DNA of 64,000 bases from Leptonemataceae bacterium (GCA_965227295.1 OZ245742.1:1696001-1760000); one strand, 5' to 3'; shown: positions 19,191 through 29,484, counted from the stretch's first letter. Translations and numbers: made by a program. The notes: generated from the sequence alone by a model not told the origin.

Positions 19191-22100
19191 TTAGTCGATT
19201 TTTTCCAGGGTGAAGGAGTTGTGGTGTTCGCTGTAGTGCATATTCATAGTGCCGTTGTTGGCCCCGTGCAGGACGTCGCCTTCCTTCAAGAAAAGGGTCA
19301 GGTCGGTGTTGCTTTCGATCAAATAGGTGCCACTGTGCCCGTACGAATACTTAAAGACCAACCCGTTCAGATGCCAGCCGATGGAAGCGTAGTTGTTGGC
19401 GATGTAGTTCGTCTTCAGGCGGTACGTGCCGGACTCTTTGATGTACCAGGCGCCGTGCTGGTTGCTGTAGACGACGTTTTTCGTGCCATAGGGCACCGGC
19501 ATTGCCACCGAGTTCTGGAGGGAGCCGCGTACTCGCTCGCAACGAAAACGATCGCCGGTGCCGTTGCCGTAGCTGGTGCTCTTCGATACCTGGCTCCACA
19601 CGGACGGCGACTTACGACGCCCCCGCGCAACCAGATCGCGGAGTTCGCGCGTTGTGTAGTTTTTCGCGTCGTAGACGATGAGATCGTCGTTCGTAATCCC
19701 GTCGCCGCCGCCCACCAGATCGGCGAGCGTGGCCGACTCGTGACGTGCGTAGTGATTCGCGCGGTGCACGGGTGTCACCACTTCGATCGCGCCGGCGTAA
19801 TGATAAAAGCCGCTCGTGATATCGCTGACCACTTCAATCCTGTGATCACCGAGGGGGAGGCCGAGAATCGAAATGGAACTCGCGTAGTCGCCGTCGCGAC
19901 CGGGTGTAAAGACGCCCGTCGACGGATTGATGGAACCGCTGGTCGTGGATGTAACGTAACCGAGTAGATTGGAACTACCGTCGATGTAGATCGTAAAGCC
20001 GGCCGTGTCGCTGATGTCGCGAAAGCGCAGCACGGCGCCGGTGCCGTAAAAACGCAGGCCGTAGCGGATGTTCTTCGTGACGTTACCACCCTGTACGATC
20101 AGGCCGCCGATGTCCTGCGGCTGCGGGGCCTCCACGTAGTTCCAACGGATGTCGGTGGCGGAATCCTCATCGTAGTAAAAATCTCGCGTGCCATGCGAGC
20201 GCCGGGTGCCGATGGGCTGAACGTTCACGGAGGGTTCCGTTTGTTGCACGACGTCCGCGAGCCGCGAGTATTCACCGAGAACGAGAAAGTTCTCCGGCAG
20301 TTCCGCGCGCCGGGGCTGAAAGATTTCGAAGTATTCGAACACCTGCGAGGTGTGATCCCGGGAGATCTGCACGCCGTCGAGGGTGATGATGGTCTCCGGA
20401 TTATTCTCGGCATCGGGCACGCGGAACCATTCGACGGTGTGCGTTCCGAGCGGCAATCCCGAGCAGAGATCATACGAGGTGTGCCGGTTGCGCGAGTGGC
20501 GTGTATACTTCTGAATGTCCTCGCGCACGCCGACCCGTAGTCCCGTACCAAAGAAAGTTAAGCGAAAGAATCCGTTGCTGTTATAGGTGCGCACGGCCGG
20601 CGTATCGTAGTAGTCGGTTTCAACGGTCTGACCGGTCAGCGACGTACAGCCGTCGTCCATCACGAAGGCGCGGTTGCTGTTCGAGCGAATCGTATCGAAG
20701 CCGCCGAAGACCGTGGCCGTGGCGTTTTTGTCGCCGTTGCCGAACTCAAAGGCATGCAGTCTCTCGGAACGCTCCTCGCGGGAATAGTCCGGTGCCTGGT
20801 CATCAATGACCGGGCGGGACTGGCCCTGATCGCGTTCGTCTTTTATGCTGCGTGCTTCGAAAGGTACGAACTGTTTGCTCGCGGAGTCGAAGACGAGCAC
20901 GCTGCCGGCGACATTGTAGCTGCTGAGCGGGCTGCGATAGTAAGACGGTACGAACGCGAAGGTATCGCTGTTGAAATTGAGGAAGGCGATGTTTTGACTG
21001 CCCCAGGACTTGATGCGCTGCATGGGAGCGAAGCGGGTTCCGTCCCAGCGCAGAATGTGGGACTCCGTGCTATGGGTGCTGCCGTTGTAGAACTGTCCGA
21101 CAGACACAAAGGTCTCGTCGCCGACATGTACGTGACGGATGTGACTGATGGCCGGCAGTTCGATTTCGTGTAGATACTCGAACTGCGTTCCGTTCCACTC
21201 GTAAACCTGGCTGGATGTATTGTAATTGCCGCCGTCGTAGTAGCTGCCGTAGATCAGGAAGTGCCGCGCCGAAGGACCGGACCCCACGCTTACGAAGTCG
21301 AGGTCGTGCGTCCCGGTGGTGGAGATGGACTGGAACGGTGACGATGTATCGAACTGAGTGCCGTTCCATTTATAGATGCGGGAACTAATATTGTGCGAAC
21401 TTCCGTTGTAGTTCTCCGAGAATGCGAGGTAGTGTTCGCCGTCGATCGTAAAGAACCTGGCGGAGTGGGCGTAATTGGTGCCGATGGACTGGAACGGCGT
21501 GGTGAAGTCGAACTGGGTGCCGTTCCATTTGAATATCTCGCAGTTGGTGTTGTAGGTGTAGACCGCGAGCAGGTAATGATCGCTGCCGATGGCAAAGTAC
21601 AGCCATTCAAGCAGGGCGTTTTTGACCAGGCTCTGGGTCTGTACAAACTGGCTGCCGTCCCATTTATGGACGGTGGATGTCAGGGATTGGCCGCCCGAGC
21701 TATTGTGGTTGACTGCCGCGAGGTAACTCTCGCCGTCGATCTCGAATGACTCCAGGCATGTGGCACCGGTCGTATCGATGTCCTGCACATGTTCCAGGTC
21801 GCCTCCGTTCCAGCGGAAGATTCGTGAATCCACGGCGTAGTTCCCGTTATAGTACTGCGGCACGGCCAGGAACATTTCCGAACCGATCTGAAACGGTTCG
21901 GAACGATACTGTCCCGCTCCCACAAACTCCGCCATCTCTCCGAGCGCCGAGGCCCGGGGCGGTACCCAGTTCACCGCGCAGCTAACCGTGGCGTTGCCGG
22001 CCAGGTCCCGGGACGTCGGATGCGCGAACCAGCTTACCCGCCCGCCGTAGAGCGGTCGGCGATGATTGAAGCTCGCGTTCGCAAAGGTGCCGTCAGCAGC

Positions 22101-24983
22101 ATCTAAGACCTTGTATACGCGCTGTTGCGAAGACGAGTACACCACCTCGTTCGCGACCAGGTCCGTACGGCTCGTAATGTCCGCCACCGTCCGGTCGATC
22201 GTATCCACCTGCGTCCAGACGACCTTGTCCGGGCTCAGCGCCTGGTGTTCATCCGCGAACAGGTTCTTTAAGTACTGCACGCGATAGACGCCGCCGTTGG
22301 TCGTGTTTAACACATGATCATGTACATTTAAGGCGGGGCTGAAAACCTGCGGTGCCGTGTGATCGGCGACGGCCAGAACAACGGGGACGTAGTTCTCCCA
22401 GGCATCGAGGCCCTCGTCGTAATAGCCAGGGCCGTCTTCGTCCAGGCCGTAGCCGTCACTCCAGGGATCGCAGAGATAGTCGTGGCTATCGGCAGCGACG
22501 TTCACTGCTTCGCCGTTGAACATTGCGGTTTGCGCGGGCAAATCGACCTTGTTTTCGTTGCCGGCGTCTTCGCGCGTGGCGATCATATCGAGACCGTAGG
22601 CGCTCCAGGCGTCGCCCAGCGTTATGCGTGCCGTGTGAATCGCCGGCGGGGCACCGGTGCGGAAGCCCTCTTTCGAAACGGAGATGGTATCCAGGTAACG
22701 ATTGTTCAGCGGCGTCGTTTCCATAATCGAAAACGCATCCACCGTGACCGGGCCGCCGCCGTCCAGTTCCACGGTCCAGCCGCCCTCGATGTTGCCGGGA
22801 TAGTGTAGAAAATCGAAGCCGTTGAAGTAGCCGCTGATTTCTACGTAGGCCCATTGACCGTACAACACGGGGCGAGTACCGTTAAGGTCATTGTACACTG
22901 TGACCGGCCCGTCCGAAACGATGCGCAGATCGTCCCGTCCCTCGATCTTATACACCATCCAGCCGTCGGGGCCGCGTTCGCCCATCGCTTCGACGATGTC
23001 GTCGAACAGAATGCGCCGGCGTCCCAGGAACATGCCCAGGGCCGGCGAAACCATGGGCTCGCGATTCTCAATTGTCGTAAAAAATAACTTACGGCCGAAC
23101 TCATCCGTGGTGCCGTGCTTCGCCGCGTCGTTGGTTGGATGCAGATACTCCGGCATCAGCCCGTAGTAACTTTGCGCGTTGCCGACGTTGGTGAGCATCG
23201 AACCGTCGCCGATAAACTTGCTTGCACGAACGTTACCGTCCACGTCCAGACGATGCAGCGAGGTCACCGCGTTCGGCCCCAGCGCCGTGTTGCCGTCGTT
23301 CGTAATGTTGCCGGTGACCGTGAGATTGCCGCCGGTGCTCGTATCGCCGCTGATGTCCGCCGTGCCGTCGACGGAAAGATTTTCCGCGACGTGCACGGCG
23401 TCGTCGATTTCCAATGCGCCGGAAGTGTGGAGCGATTCTAAGGTTCCATGAATCGTAACTTTGTCCTCGTCCTGGTCGCCCAGAAGGATGTCGCCGGGCT
23501 CGTGCTGGGTATCCCGCGCAATGACGTCGCCCTCGACGTAGAAGTCGCCTTTGATCGTAAGATTCTGATCCACCTGAACGTTCTGCTTAAACAACGCGTC
23601 CAGGTCGACGTTGAGACCCGCCTCGATGTTCAGCGTGCCGGTCATGGTATCGCCGAAGCGGTTGACCTTGTTTTCCACGAGGTTGTCCGACTTCGCAATG
23701 TCCACCAGGCTCGCGAACTGTACACGCGTGTCGGCGATCACGGACCAGGAATCCGAGAGAAGCTGTACAAATGCCAGGCGAGCGTATCTTACGATCTCAC
23801 TCCGCGGCGGTTGCGCCGTCGGCCCGCTGCCGTCGCAGGGCCATTCGATGCCGCGGTTGATCGTGCGCGCAGGAATCAACCAGTAGTCCCCGCTCTTGTA
23901 ATCACCGCCGCTCGCGAAGGTAATTTCAATGCCGCCTTCGAGTTCGAACCAACTATCGTCGTCGGGAATGGTGATCGTCCCGGTGCCGTCCACCTGGTCC
24001 CAGCGGCGAATCAGCGTCCGTCCGTCCGGAAACGAGGCAAGATCGTACGGTCCGGTGGCCGTGGCGGCGTCGATGGTGAGGGTGTCGCCCTCGGTACTCA
24101 GGATGCGTGCCAGGGTTCCGCTTTCGCCGCGTAACTCACGCCCCTCGTCAGTGAGTTCAATCCACTGCCCCGCGGCGAAAGAAGAGGCCGCATCCCGGGA
24201 CGAATCCAAAAACGTGAGCGTCGTACCCGAGGCGTCCGTCCACCCGGCGTTGACCGAGCCGTTTTCCCGGGACCACTTGAACGTTGCGCTGCCTGCCGCC
24301 CCGGCGTCGTGCACTTCCACGCGATAGAGGCGATTCTCCGGAATGGAATAGCCGCCGCGCAGTTGGGCCGCGCACGGATCCTGGCCCTGTTCCACCGTGT
24401 CGCCGGTGCGGGCGTTGAGCGTGGCCGAAGAACCGGCGATGAGATTGCTCCACTCCGTCGGCAGACTGTCTTCGGTAAGCGTTCCCGGAGCGTCGGCGAT
24501 CTTCAGTAACTTCACCTGGCCAAGAGTTTGCGAACGCCCGGCGGTGTCCGGGCCGCCCAGGGCCGGTTCGCGCAGCATGGAATCTTCGCGGTGACTGATC
24601 AAACGTTCACGGATTTGCAGATACACCAAATAGGCCGAGTCGTTGGCGGGATCGCTCGCATCGGGCAGAGAGTAGCCGGGCAATTGCGTCTGAGAACCGA
24701 TGGAACGATCGGCGTCGTTTTCGACGAGGATGCCGCCGGCATAGTAACGTCCTGCCGAAATCTCCAGATCGCTGCCGCCGCCGACGGCGCTGACCTGAAA
24801 GCCGCCGCCGGTAGCCGGCGCGCCCTCACCCGTGGAATCGTTCATGCGTTCACGGATTTCGCGTTGGATGATGTCGTGTTGTTCGTTCCAGTCGGCGTCC
24901 AGAATGGTGCGGCCCTGCTGCAGGCGGACGCCGGTATAACGTTTACTGGATTGATGGCTGTCGCGGGAAATGTCGCTCTTCAA
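19191..24983 (-). CDS. Large tail-fibre-like protein: DUF6519-type N-terminus, fibre shaft, EPTP/EAR seven-bladed propeller, C1q-like tip
   Basis: KSDISR..KRYTGVRLQQGRTILDADWNEQ, ENRLYRVEVH, FKWSRENGS, GDYWLIPAR; GDTMTG and GDGSxLT fibre motifs; seven EAR-like repeats; TTG start at 24983 with GAGG RBS. Confidence 0.8.
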   Translation of the reverse strand: MKSDISRDSHQSSKRYTGVRLQQGRTILDADWNEQHDIIQREIRERMNDSTGEGAPATGGGFQVSAVGGGSDLEISAGRYYAGGILVENDADRSIGSQTQLPGYSLPDASDPANDSAYLVYLQIRERLISHREDSMLREPALGGPDTAGRSQTLGQVKLLKIADAPGTLTEDSLPTEWSNLIAGSSATLNARTGDTVEQGQDPCAAQLRGGYSIPENRLYRVEVHDAGAAGSATFKWSRENGSVNAGWTDASGTTLTFLDSSRDAASSFAAGQWIELTDEGRELRGESGTLARILSTEGDTLTIDAATATGPYDLASFPDGRTLIRRWDQVDGTGTITIPDDDSWFELEGGIEITFASGGDYKSGDYWLIPARTINRGIEWPCDGSGPTAQPPRSEIVRYARLAFVQLLSDSWSVIADTRVQFASLVDIAKSDNLVENKVNRFGDTMTGTLNIEAGLNVDLDALFKQNVQVDQNLTIKGDFYVEGDVIARDTQHEPGDILLGDQDEDKVTIHGTLESLHTSGALEIDDAVHVAENLSVDGTADISGDTSTGGNLTVTGNITNDGNTALGPNAVTSLHRLDVDGNVRASKFIGDGSMLTNVGNAQSYYGLMPEYLHPTNDAAKHGTTDEFGRKLFFTTIENREPMVSPALGMFLGRRRILFDDIVEAMGERGPDGWMVYKIEGRDDLRIVSDGPVTVYNDLNGTRPVLYGQWAYVEISGYFNGFDFLHYPGNIEGGWTVELDGGGPVTVDAFSIMETTPLNNRYLDTISVSKEGFRTGAPPAIHTARITLGDAWSAYGLDMIATREDAGNENKVDLPAQTAMFNGEAVNVAADSHDYLCDPWSDGYGLDEDGPGYYDEGLDAWENYVPVVLAVADHTAPQVFSPALNVHDHVLNTTNGGVYRVQYLKNLFADEHQALSPDKVVWTQVDTIDRTVADITSRTDLVANEVVYSSSQQRVYKVLDAADGTFANASFNHRRPLYGGRVSWFAHPTSRDLAGNATVSCAVNWVPPRASALGEMAEFVGAGQYRSEPFQIGSEMFLAVPQYYNGNYAVDSRIFRWNGGDLEHVQDIDTTGATCLESFEIDGESYLAAVNHNSSGGQSLTSTVHKWDGSQFVQTQSLVKNALLEWLYFAIGSDHYLLAVYTYNTNCEIFKWNGTQFDFTTPFQSIGTNYAHSARFFTIDGEHYLAFSENYNGSSHNISSRIYKWNGTQFDTSSPFQSISTTGTHDLDFVSVGSGPSARHFLIYGSYYDGGNYNTSSQVYEWNGTQFEYLHEIELPAISHIRHVHVGDETFVSVGQFYNGSTHSTESHILRWDGTRFAPMQRIKSWGSQNIAFLNFNSDTFAFVPSYYRSPLSSYNVAGSVLVFDSASKQFVPFEARSIKDERDQGQSRPVIDDQAPDYSREERSERLHAFEFGNGDKNATATVFGGFDTIRSNSNRAFVMDDGCTSLTGQTVETDYYDTPAVRTYNSNGFFRLTFFGTGLRVGVREDIQKYTRHSRNRHTSYDLCSGLPLGTHTVEWFRVPDAENNPETIITLDGVQISRDHTSQVFEYFEIFQPRRAELPENFLVLGEYSRLADVVQQTEPSVNVQPIGTRRSHGTRDFYYDEDSATDIRWNYVEAPQPQDIGGLIVQGGNVTKNIRYGLRFYGTGAVLRFRDISDTAGFTIYIDGSSNLLGYVTSTTSGSINPSTGVFTPGRDGDYASSISILGLPLGDHRIEVVSDITSGFYHYAGAIEVVTPVHRANHYARHESATLADLVGGGDGITNDDLIVYDAKNYTTRELRDLVARGRRKSPSVWSQVSKSTSYGNGTGDRFRCERVRGSLQNSVAMPVPYGTKNVVYSNQHGAWYIKESGTYRLKTNYIANNYASIGWHLNGLVFKYSYGHSGTYLIESNTDLTLFLKEGDVLHGANNGTMNMHYSEHHNSFTLEKID

Positions 24984-25162
24984 AAGGGAACCTCGAGGCA
25001 GATGTGCTACCCGTCTGTAACCCGGGATCCCCTTCCGCTGCAATGCAAAGAGCGGCAAAGCTACTCAGCTTAGATAAAATTCAGGACATTCTTGCAAAAT
25101 ATGAAACGCCGGCCGCGCCGGTTTGTGCAACGTTAAACCGTTCGAGGAGGAACGTTGCGTGC

Positions 25163-28138
25163 TCACGGGATTTCCAGATCTTTGAGCTTATTGTAGAAGG
25201 TTGCACGCTTAATGCCCAGCAAACGCGCCGCCTTTTGTTTGTTCCCGTTGCTCGCGGAAAGGGCTTCTTCTATTATTAACTTCGAATAATCCCGCACCAG
25301 ATCATCGAAACTCTTCTGATGTATGGAGAGTTCCGGTGAAACTTCCGGCGCGCGAGAAACGCCTCCGAAGTTTGGCTGCTGCAACTGCCGCGGCAAATCC
25401 TCGACGCGCAGCGTCTCCGTGCCGGCGTGAATGAGCGCATGGATGATGGTGTTTTCCAGTTCACGAATGTTGCCGGGCCAGGTATACGAGCAGAGCGTAT
25501 CCAGCGCACGATGATCGATGCCGCTCACCGGCTCTCCCAGTTCTCCGGCGTACTTTTCAATAAAGTGATGCACCAGGGCCGGAATGTCTTCGGCCCGATC
25601 GCGCAAAGCGGGCACCTTGAGTTCCAGGACGGAGATGCGGTAATAAAGATCTTCCCGGAAGCGGCCCTGGCCTTGCTCTACGAAGAGGTCGCGATTCGTG
25701 GCGAACACGAAACGACAACGCGCCTCGATTACTTTATCACCGCCCAGGCGTTGGAAGCGACGTTCCTGCAGCAGGCGCAGGAGCTTCGGCTGAATTTCCA
25801 GGGGCATCTCGCCGATCTCGTCGAAGAACAACGTGCCGCCGGCAGCCTGTTCCACGCGCCCGGCGTGACTCTTTTTCGCGTCTGTAAAGGCGCCGCGTTC
25901 GTGGCCGAAGATTTCGGACTCCCACAAAGATGCCGGCACAGCCGCGCAGTTGATCGCCACAAAGGGGGCGTCGCTTTCCCCGGAGGCTCCGTGGAAGGTG
26001 CGAGCCACTAACTCTTTGCCGGTACCGGTTTGTCCGGAGATGAGCACCGGTTGCGAGCGTGTGCCGTAGCGCCGGGCGTCCTCGTAAATGCGCGCCATGG
26101 CCTCGCTGGCGTAGACGAGACTTTTGTTGTCGCCGACACTGCGGTGTTTGATCACCTCGCCCATGCCGCTTAAGTACTCCGAGAGTCGATGGATCTTCGC
26201 CTCGGCGCGTCCTTTGAGCCGGCGAATTTCTTCAAAGAGGACGGCGTTGCGAATGGCGAGGGCGAGGGAAAACCGAAAGCTTTCGAGCAGCATAATCTCA
26301 GACGTCTCGTAGAACAGGCCGCCCCGGCGCGGTCCCAGGACCAGGTACCCGAAGATCTCTTTGCGAAACGAAAGCGGGGCACAGAGCTGGAAGCCGTGCT
26401 CTTTTAACGCATCAATGACTCCGTAAATCGTTTCGATGGTACTCGCGTACTTCTCTTTCAACTCCGGGGCGTGATCAAAGGGCTGCCCCGAGTACGTTTC
26501 CAGGAGGATCACCGTATTGAGATACGGAAAGAGATCTTCCGGGGCTCGGAGGAAGCGCGCAACGAAGGCTTCGCCGCTGATGACTGCGCGCAGGCTGTCG
26601 GGGAAGTCGCCCGCGGAGTGCGCGCGATTTTCGCGATCGGCAATGATGATGAAGCCGCGCTCAAAATCCAGCAGCCGCCGCAACGTATCCAGGATGCGAT
26701 GCAGCAAAACATCGATGGCGCCGGCGTCGTTCGCGTCGCTGTTGTTCGTGTCGGTCGCTTCGTTGTCGCCGGCATCGAGGGCGAGCAGTTCGTCCTTGAT
26801 CGTTTCGGAGTTTCGCAGATGGTGAATCAGCTCCGCCTGATGCGCGTTGGCCAGGCGTTCCTGTTCCAGAGCCGCCTCCCGGGCGGCCAGGGTTTGTCGT
26901 CGCAATTCATTGTAACGATCGCCGACCGCGAGCGACAGGAAGATCGCCTCGGCCGCCGTGCCGGCCTGAAAGCCGTACTCCGTGATCGTCGTGCTCGGGA
27001 GCAGTCCCCATACTTTCAACGCGTACAACAGGCCGCCGAAGGACAGCGTATACCAGGCGAGCAGATAGAATCTTGCAAAGCGATGTCCGGCCCGCAGCGC
27101 GTACATTCCGGCGGCAATGATCAATACCACCGTACCCATGCCGAGCAGCACGGCGACGCGAATCAAGTAGAAGTAATCGATACCGGTGAAGGCCAGCGCC
27201 GCGGTCAGCAGGGCGGCCACCATGGCCGCGCGCACGAAGGCGTGCAGGCGCGGAGTGATTAACCGTAGATTCAGAAACGCCGTTGCGAACGCCAGCGAAA
27301 CGAAGATGGCCACCGAAAAGAAAAACGCCGTGGCCTCCCGGGCGATCCATAGCGACTCGAGTCCGAACCAGGCGAAAGCGAACTCACTCAACAGGCCGTT
27401 CAGTGAAAGTTGAAACAGTCCGTGCAACGTAACCAGGGTCGCCGCGTAGTACAGAAAACTCAAGTCACGCACCGAGACGAACAGGAAGATGTTGTAGATG
27501 AGTGTAACGGCAATGAGGCCGTAGTACAGACCGAGGCTGAAGCGCGTGTTCATGGTGTGCGCGTGGAAGTCCTCCGGTGAACGCAAGGCTAAAGGTACGT
27601 TGAGAGAATCTTTGCTGTGCACGCGCAGGTAGACGGTCCTGGTGGACCGGGGCGGAAACTCGATCGAAAACGCAAAGTTACGCTGCGCCGCGGCGTGGCG
27701 GCCGGCCATGCCGAAAAGGCGTCCCGCGCGTCCTGCGAGTTGCGGTTCGGCGTCGCGCGCGTCGAGAAGGAAGACGTGCACCGAGTCGAGCAGGGGATAA
27801 CCGATTTCCAGCAGGCGCCGGGCCGGGCGATCTCCGGGGTTGCGCACATCGAAACGCAACCACACGGCCTCGCGCACATAACCGAAGTTCGGCGTCGCCG
27901 CGGTGGTCGGACGAAACTCCGCCTGGCCGGCCAGAATCCCGGCGAGCACGGCCCTCACATGATCCGTTTCGGCGGCCGCGGGGCGTGCGGAGTCGGGTTC
28001 GATCCAGGAGGACGCGTGCAGACCGGGCGATCCACGCCCGGCCGTTGTCTCCAGCACGATGGAAGGCCCGGCGGAGTTCCGGCTGTCGCAGGCCGAAAAA
28101 GTCAGAAAGAGAAATACGAAGCAAATGCGGCGAGTCAT
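25163..28138 (-). CDS. Membrane-anchored sigma-54 enhancer-binding protein (7TM-DISM extracellular + 7TM + GAF-like + AAA+ + Fis HTH)
   Basis: NFGY..AVWLRF, GLYYG..YNIFLF; GQTGTGKE, ESEIFGHERGAFTDA, FFDEIGE, FREDLYYR, WPGNIREL, AARLLGIKRATFYNK. Confidence 0.92.
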   Translation of the reverse strand: MTRRICFVFLFLTFSACDSRNSAGPSIVLETTAGRGSPGLHASSWIEPDSARPAAAETDHVRAVLAGILAGQAEFRPTTAATPNFGYVREAVWLRFDVRNPGDRPARRLLEIGYPLLDSVHVFLLDARDAEPQLAGRAGRLFGMAGRHAAAQRNFAFSIEFPPRSTRTVYLRVHSKDSLNVPLALRSPEDFHAHTMNTRFSLGLYYGLIAVTLIYNIFLFVSVRDLSFLYYAATLVTLHGLFQLSLNGLLSEFAFAWFGLESLWIAREATAFFFSVAIFVSLAFATAFLNLRLITPRLHAFVRAAMVAALLTAALAFTGIDYFYLIRVAVLLGMGTVVLIIAAGMYALRAGHRFARFYLLAWYTLSFGGLLYALKVWGLLPSTTITEYGFQAGTAAEAIFLSLAVGDRYNELRRQTLAAREAALEQERLANAHQAELIHHLRNSETIKDELLALDAGDNEATDTNNSDANDAGAIDVLLHRILDTLRRLLDFERGFIIIADRENRAHSAGDFPDSLRAVISGEAFVARFLRAPEDLFPYLNTVILLETYSGQPFDHAPELKEKYASTIETIYGVIDALKEHGFQLCAPLSFRKEIFGYLVLGPRRGGLFYETSEIMLLESFRFSLALAIRNAVLFEEIRRLKGRAEAKIHRLSEYLSGMGEVIKHRSVGDNKSLVYASEAMARIYEDARRYGTRSQPVLISGQTGTGKELVARTFHGASGESDAPFVAINCAAVPASLWESEIFGHERGAFTDAKKSHAGRVEQAAGGTLFFDEIGEMPLEIQPKLLRLLQERRFQRLGGDKVIEARCRFVFATNRDLFVEQGQGRFREDLYYRISVLELKVPALRDRAEDIPALVHHFIEKYAGELGEPVSGIDHRALDTLCSYTWPGNIRELENTIIHALIHAGTETLRVEDLPRQLQQPNFGGVSRAPEVSPELSIHQKSFDDLVRDYSKLIIEEALSASNGNKQKAARLLGIKRATFYNKLKDLEIP

Positions 28139-28181
28139 GAATCGGCGCCTCCTGGAATGGCGGGCACCGATGTTCGTGAAT

Positions 28182-28196
28182 TGTAGGAACTCTTAC
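28182..28196. promoter_or_regulatory. Palindromic motif TGTAGGAACTCTTAC, shared with 62208-62222
   Basis: TTGTAGGA-AC-TCTTACAA dyad about 45 bp upstream of the bEBP start. Confidence 0.5.
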
Positions 28197-28206
28197 AAGT
28201 AAATTG

Positions 28207-28269
28207 TCTAAGATTCTGGATTTTCCAGAAAGTTGGAATCTAAAAAGCTGGAATTTCTAGAAATCTGGA
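28207..28269. promoter_or_regulatory. Four tandem TCYA-N6-TGGA dyads, candidate upstream activator sequences
   Basis: Copies start at 28207, 28224, 28239 and 28256; array bracketed by TGTCTA...TGGACA. Confidence 0.65.
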
Positions 28270-28475
28270 CAGATTTCCAGGCGGGGCGACGCTCATTCTG
28301 GAAGGGATACCGGGAAAAGTCGAGGAAAACTCTCCACGATTCCACAAAAATGCGCCACATAACTGGATTATGTCACATTAGCTGCGCTACGGATAGGGCT
28401 TTCTTCAATAAAAGGACTCCATGCGTGTCTCTCCTCACGGGAAAAATCGCCGGGGCCAGTCGCCAGTCGCGCTCC

Positions 28476-28491
28476 TGGCACGGCGGTTGCA
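28476..28491 (+). promoter_or_regulatory. Sigma-54 -24/-12 promoter of the lipase gene
   Basis: TGGCACG-GCGG-TTGCA, full match to TGGCACG-N4-TTGCW, 60 bp before the ATG. Confidence 0.9.
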
Positions 28492-28551
28492 GTAGCACAC
28501 CAGAACATCGCGGAGACAAACAGACCGCGGCAATGCATCAGGAGAATGAAC

Positions 28552-29484
28552 ATGCGAAACGTACTATCTCAAATCACCACGCTGGCCCTCGTCACAGGGC
28601 TTGCGCTGGCAACGACTCCGCTTTTCGCGGGCGGCGGCGGATCAAAGCCGCTCGACGGCAGCCATCCCATTGTGCTGTCCCACGGTCTCTTCGGCTGGGG
28701 CAACGATACCAGCGGTGCCATCAACATCGCCAACTACTGGGGCGGCATGGACGAGTATCTGCGTTCCCAGGGCGCGGCGGTCTACGTGCCGGCGAAATCC
28801 GCACTGGGCTCGAACGAGGTGCGCGCACAACAATTAAAAGACAAGCTCAATTACTGGATGGCCGCCAACGGTCATGGTAAGGTCCACATCATCGGTCACA
28901 GCCAGGGCGGCCTCGACAGTCGGTACATGACGGCAAACCTCGGTATGCGCAGCAAGGTCTCCACGCTCACGTCCCTCAACACGCCGCACCGCGGTTCACC
29001 CATCTCCGATCTCGTTTCGGGCACGCCGTCCTGGTTTCAGGGCGGACTCAGCGCCATCCTCGAAGTCCTGGCGACGCTCATCTACGGTGACGGCAATCAG
29101 AACGGCCTCGACGCCCTGGCGTCGCTCAGCATCGCGAACTCCAGCGCATTCAATCAATACACCCCGAACGCGTCCGGCGTGAAGTACTACAGCTACGGAT
29201 CGAAGATCACCATCCCCGACGCGATTCAACATCCGACCATGTTCCTGTTGCATCCGTTCTGCGGCGCGGGCGGCCTCTTCTACGGCCAGGGATTTTCCAA
29301 CGACGGACTCGTAAACCTCAGCTCCATGAAGTGGGGCACCTGGAAGGGCGGACCGAGCTACGGCATTCTCATCACCGGTATCGATCACCTGCAGGCGTCG
29401 AACACCTTCGGCCTCGGCGAACTGTGGTACGACGTGGAAGGTTACTTCCTCAAGATGGCGAAGAACGCGAAGGACAATCAGTAA
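28552..29484 (+). CDS. Secreted triacylglycerol lipase (family I-like alpha/beta hydrolase)
   Basis: Signal peptide, PIVLSHG, GHSQGG, TPHRGS, NDGLV, DHL; AGGAG RBS. Confidence 0.92.
   Translation: MRNVLSQITTLALVTGLALATTPLFAGGGGSKPLDGSHPIVLSHGLFGWGNDTSGAINIANYWGGMDEYLRSQGAAVYVPAKSALGSNEVRAQQLKDKLNYWMAANGHGKVHIIGHSQGGLDSRYMTANLGMRSKVSTLTSLNTPHRGSPISDLVSGTPSWFQGGLSAILEVLATLIYGDGNQNGLDALASLSIANSSAFNQYTPNASGVKYYSYGSKITIPDAIQHPTMFLLHPFCGAGGLFYGQGFSNDGLVNLSSMKWGTWKGGPSYGILITGIDHLQASNTFGLGELWYDVEGYFLKMAKNAKDNQ

Noticed and set aside
17170-25058. Prophage
   Set aside because: No integrase, terminase, capsid, lysis genes or att repeats
24984-25162. Sigma-54 promoter for the tail-fibre gene
   Set aside because: The best candidate has GG-N9-GC spacing, not the required N10
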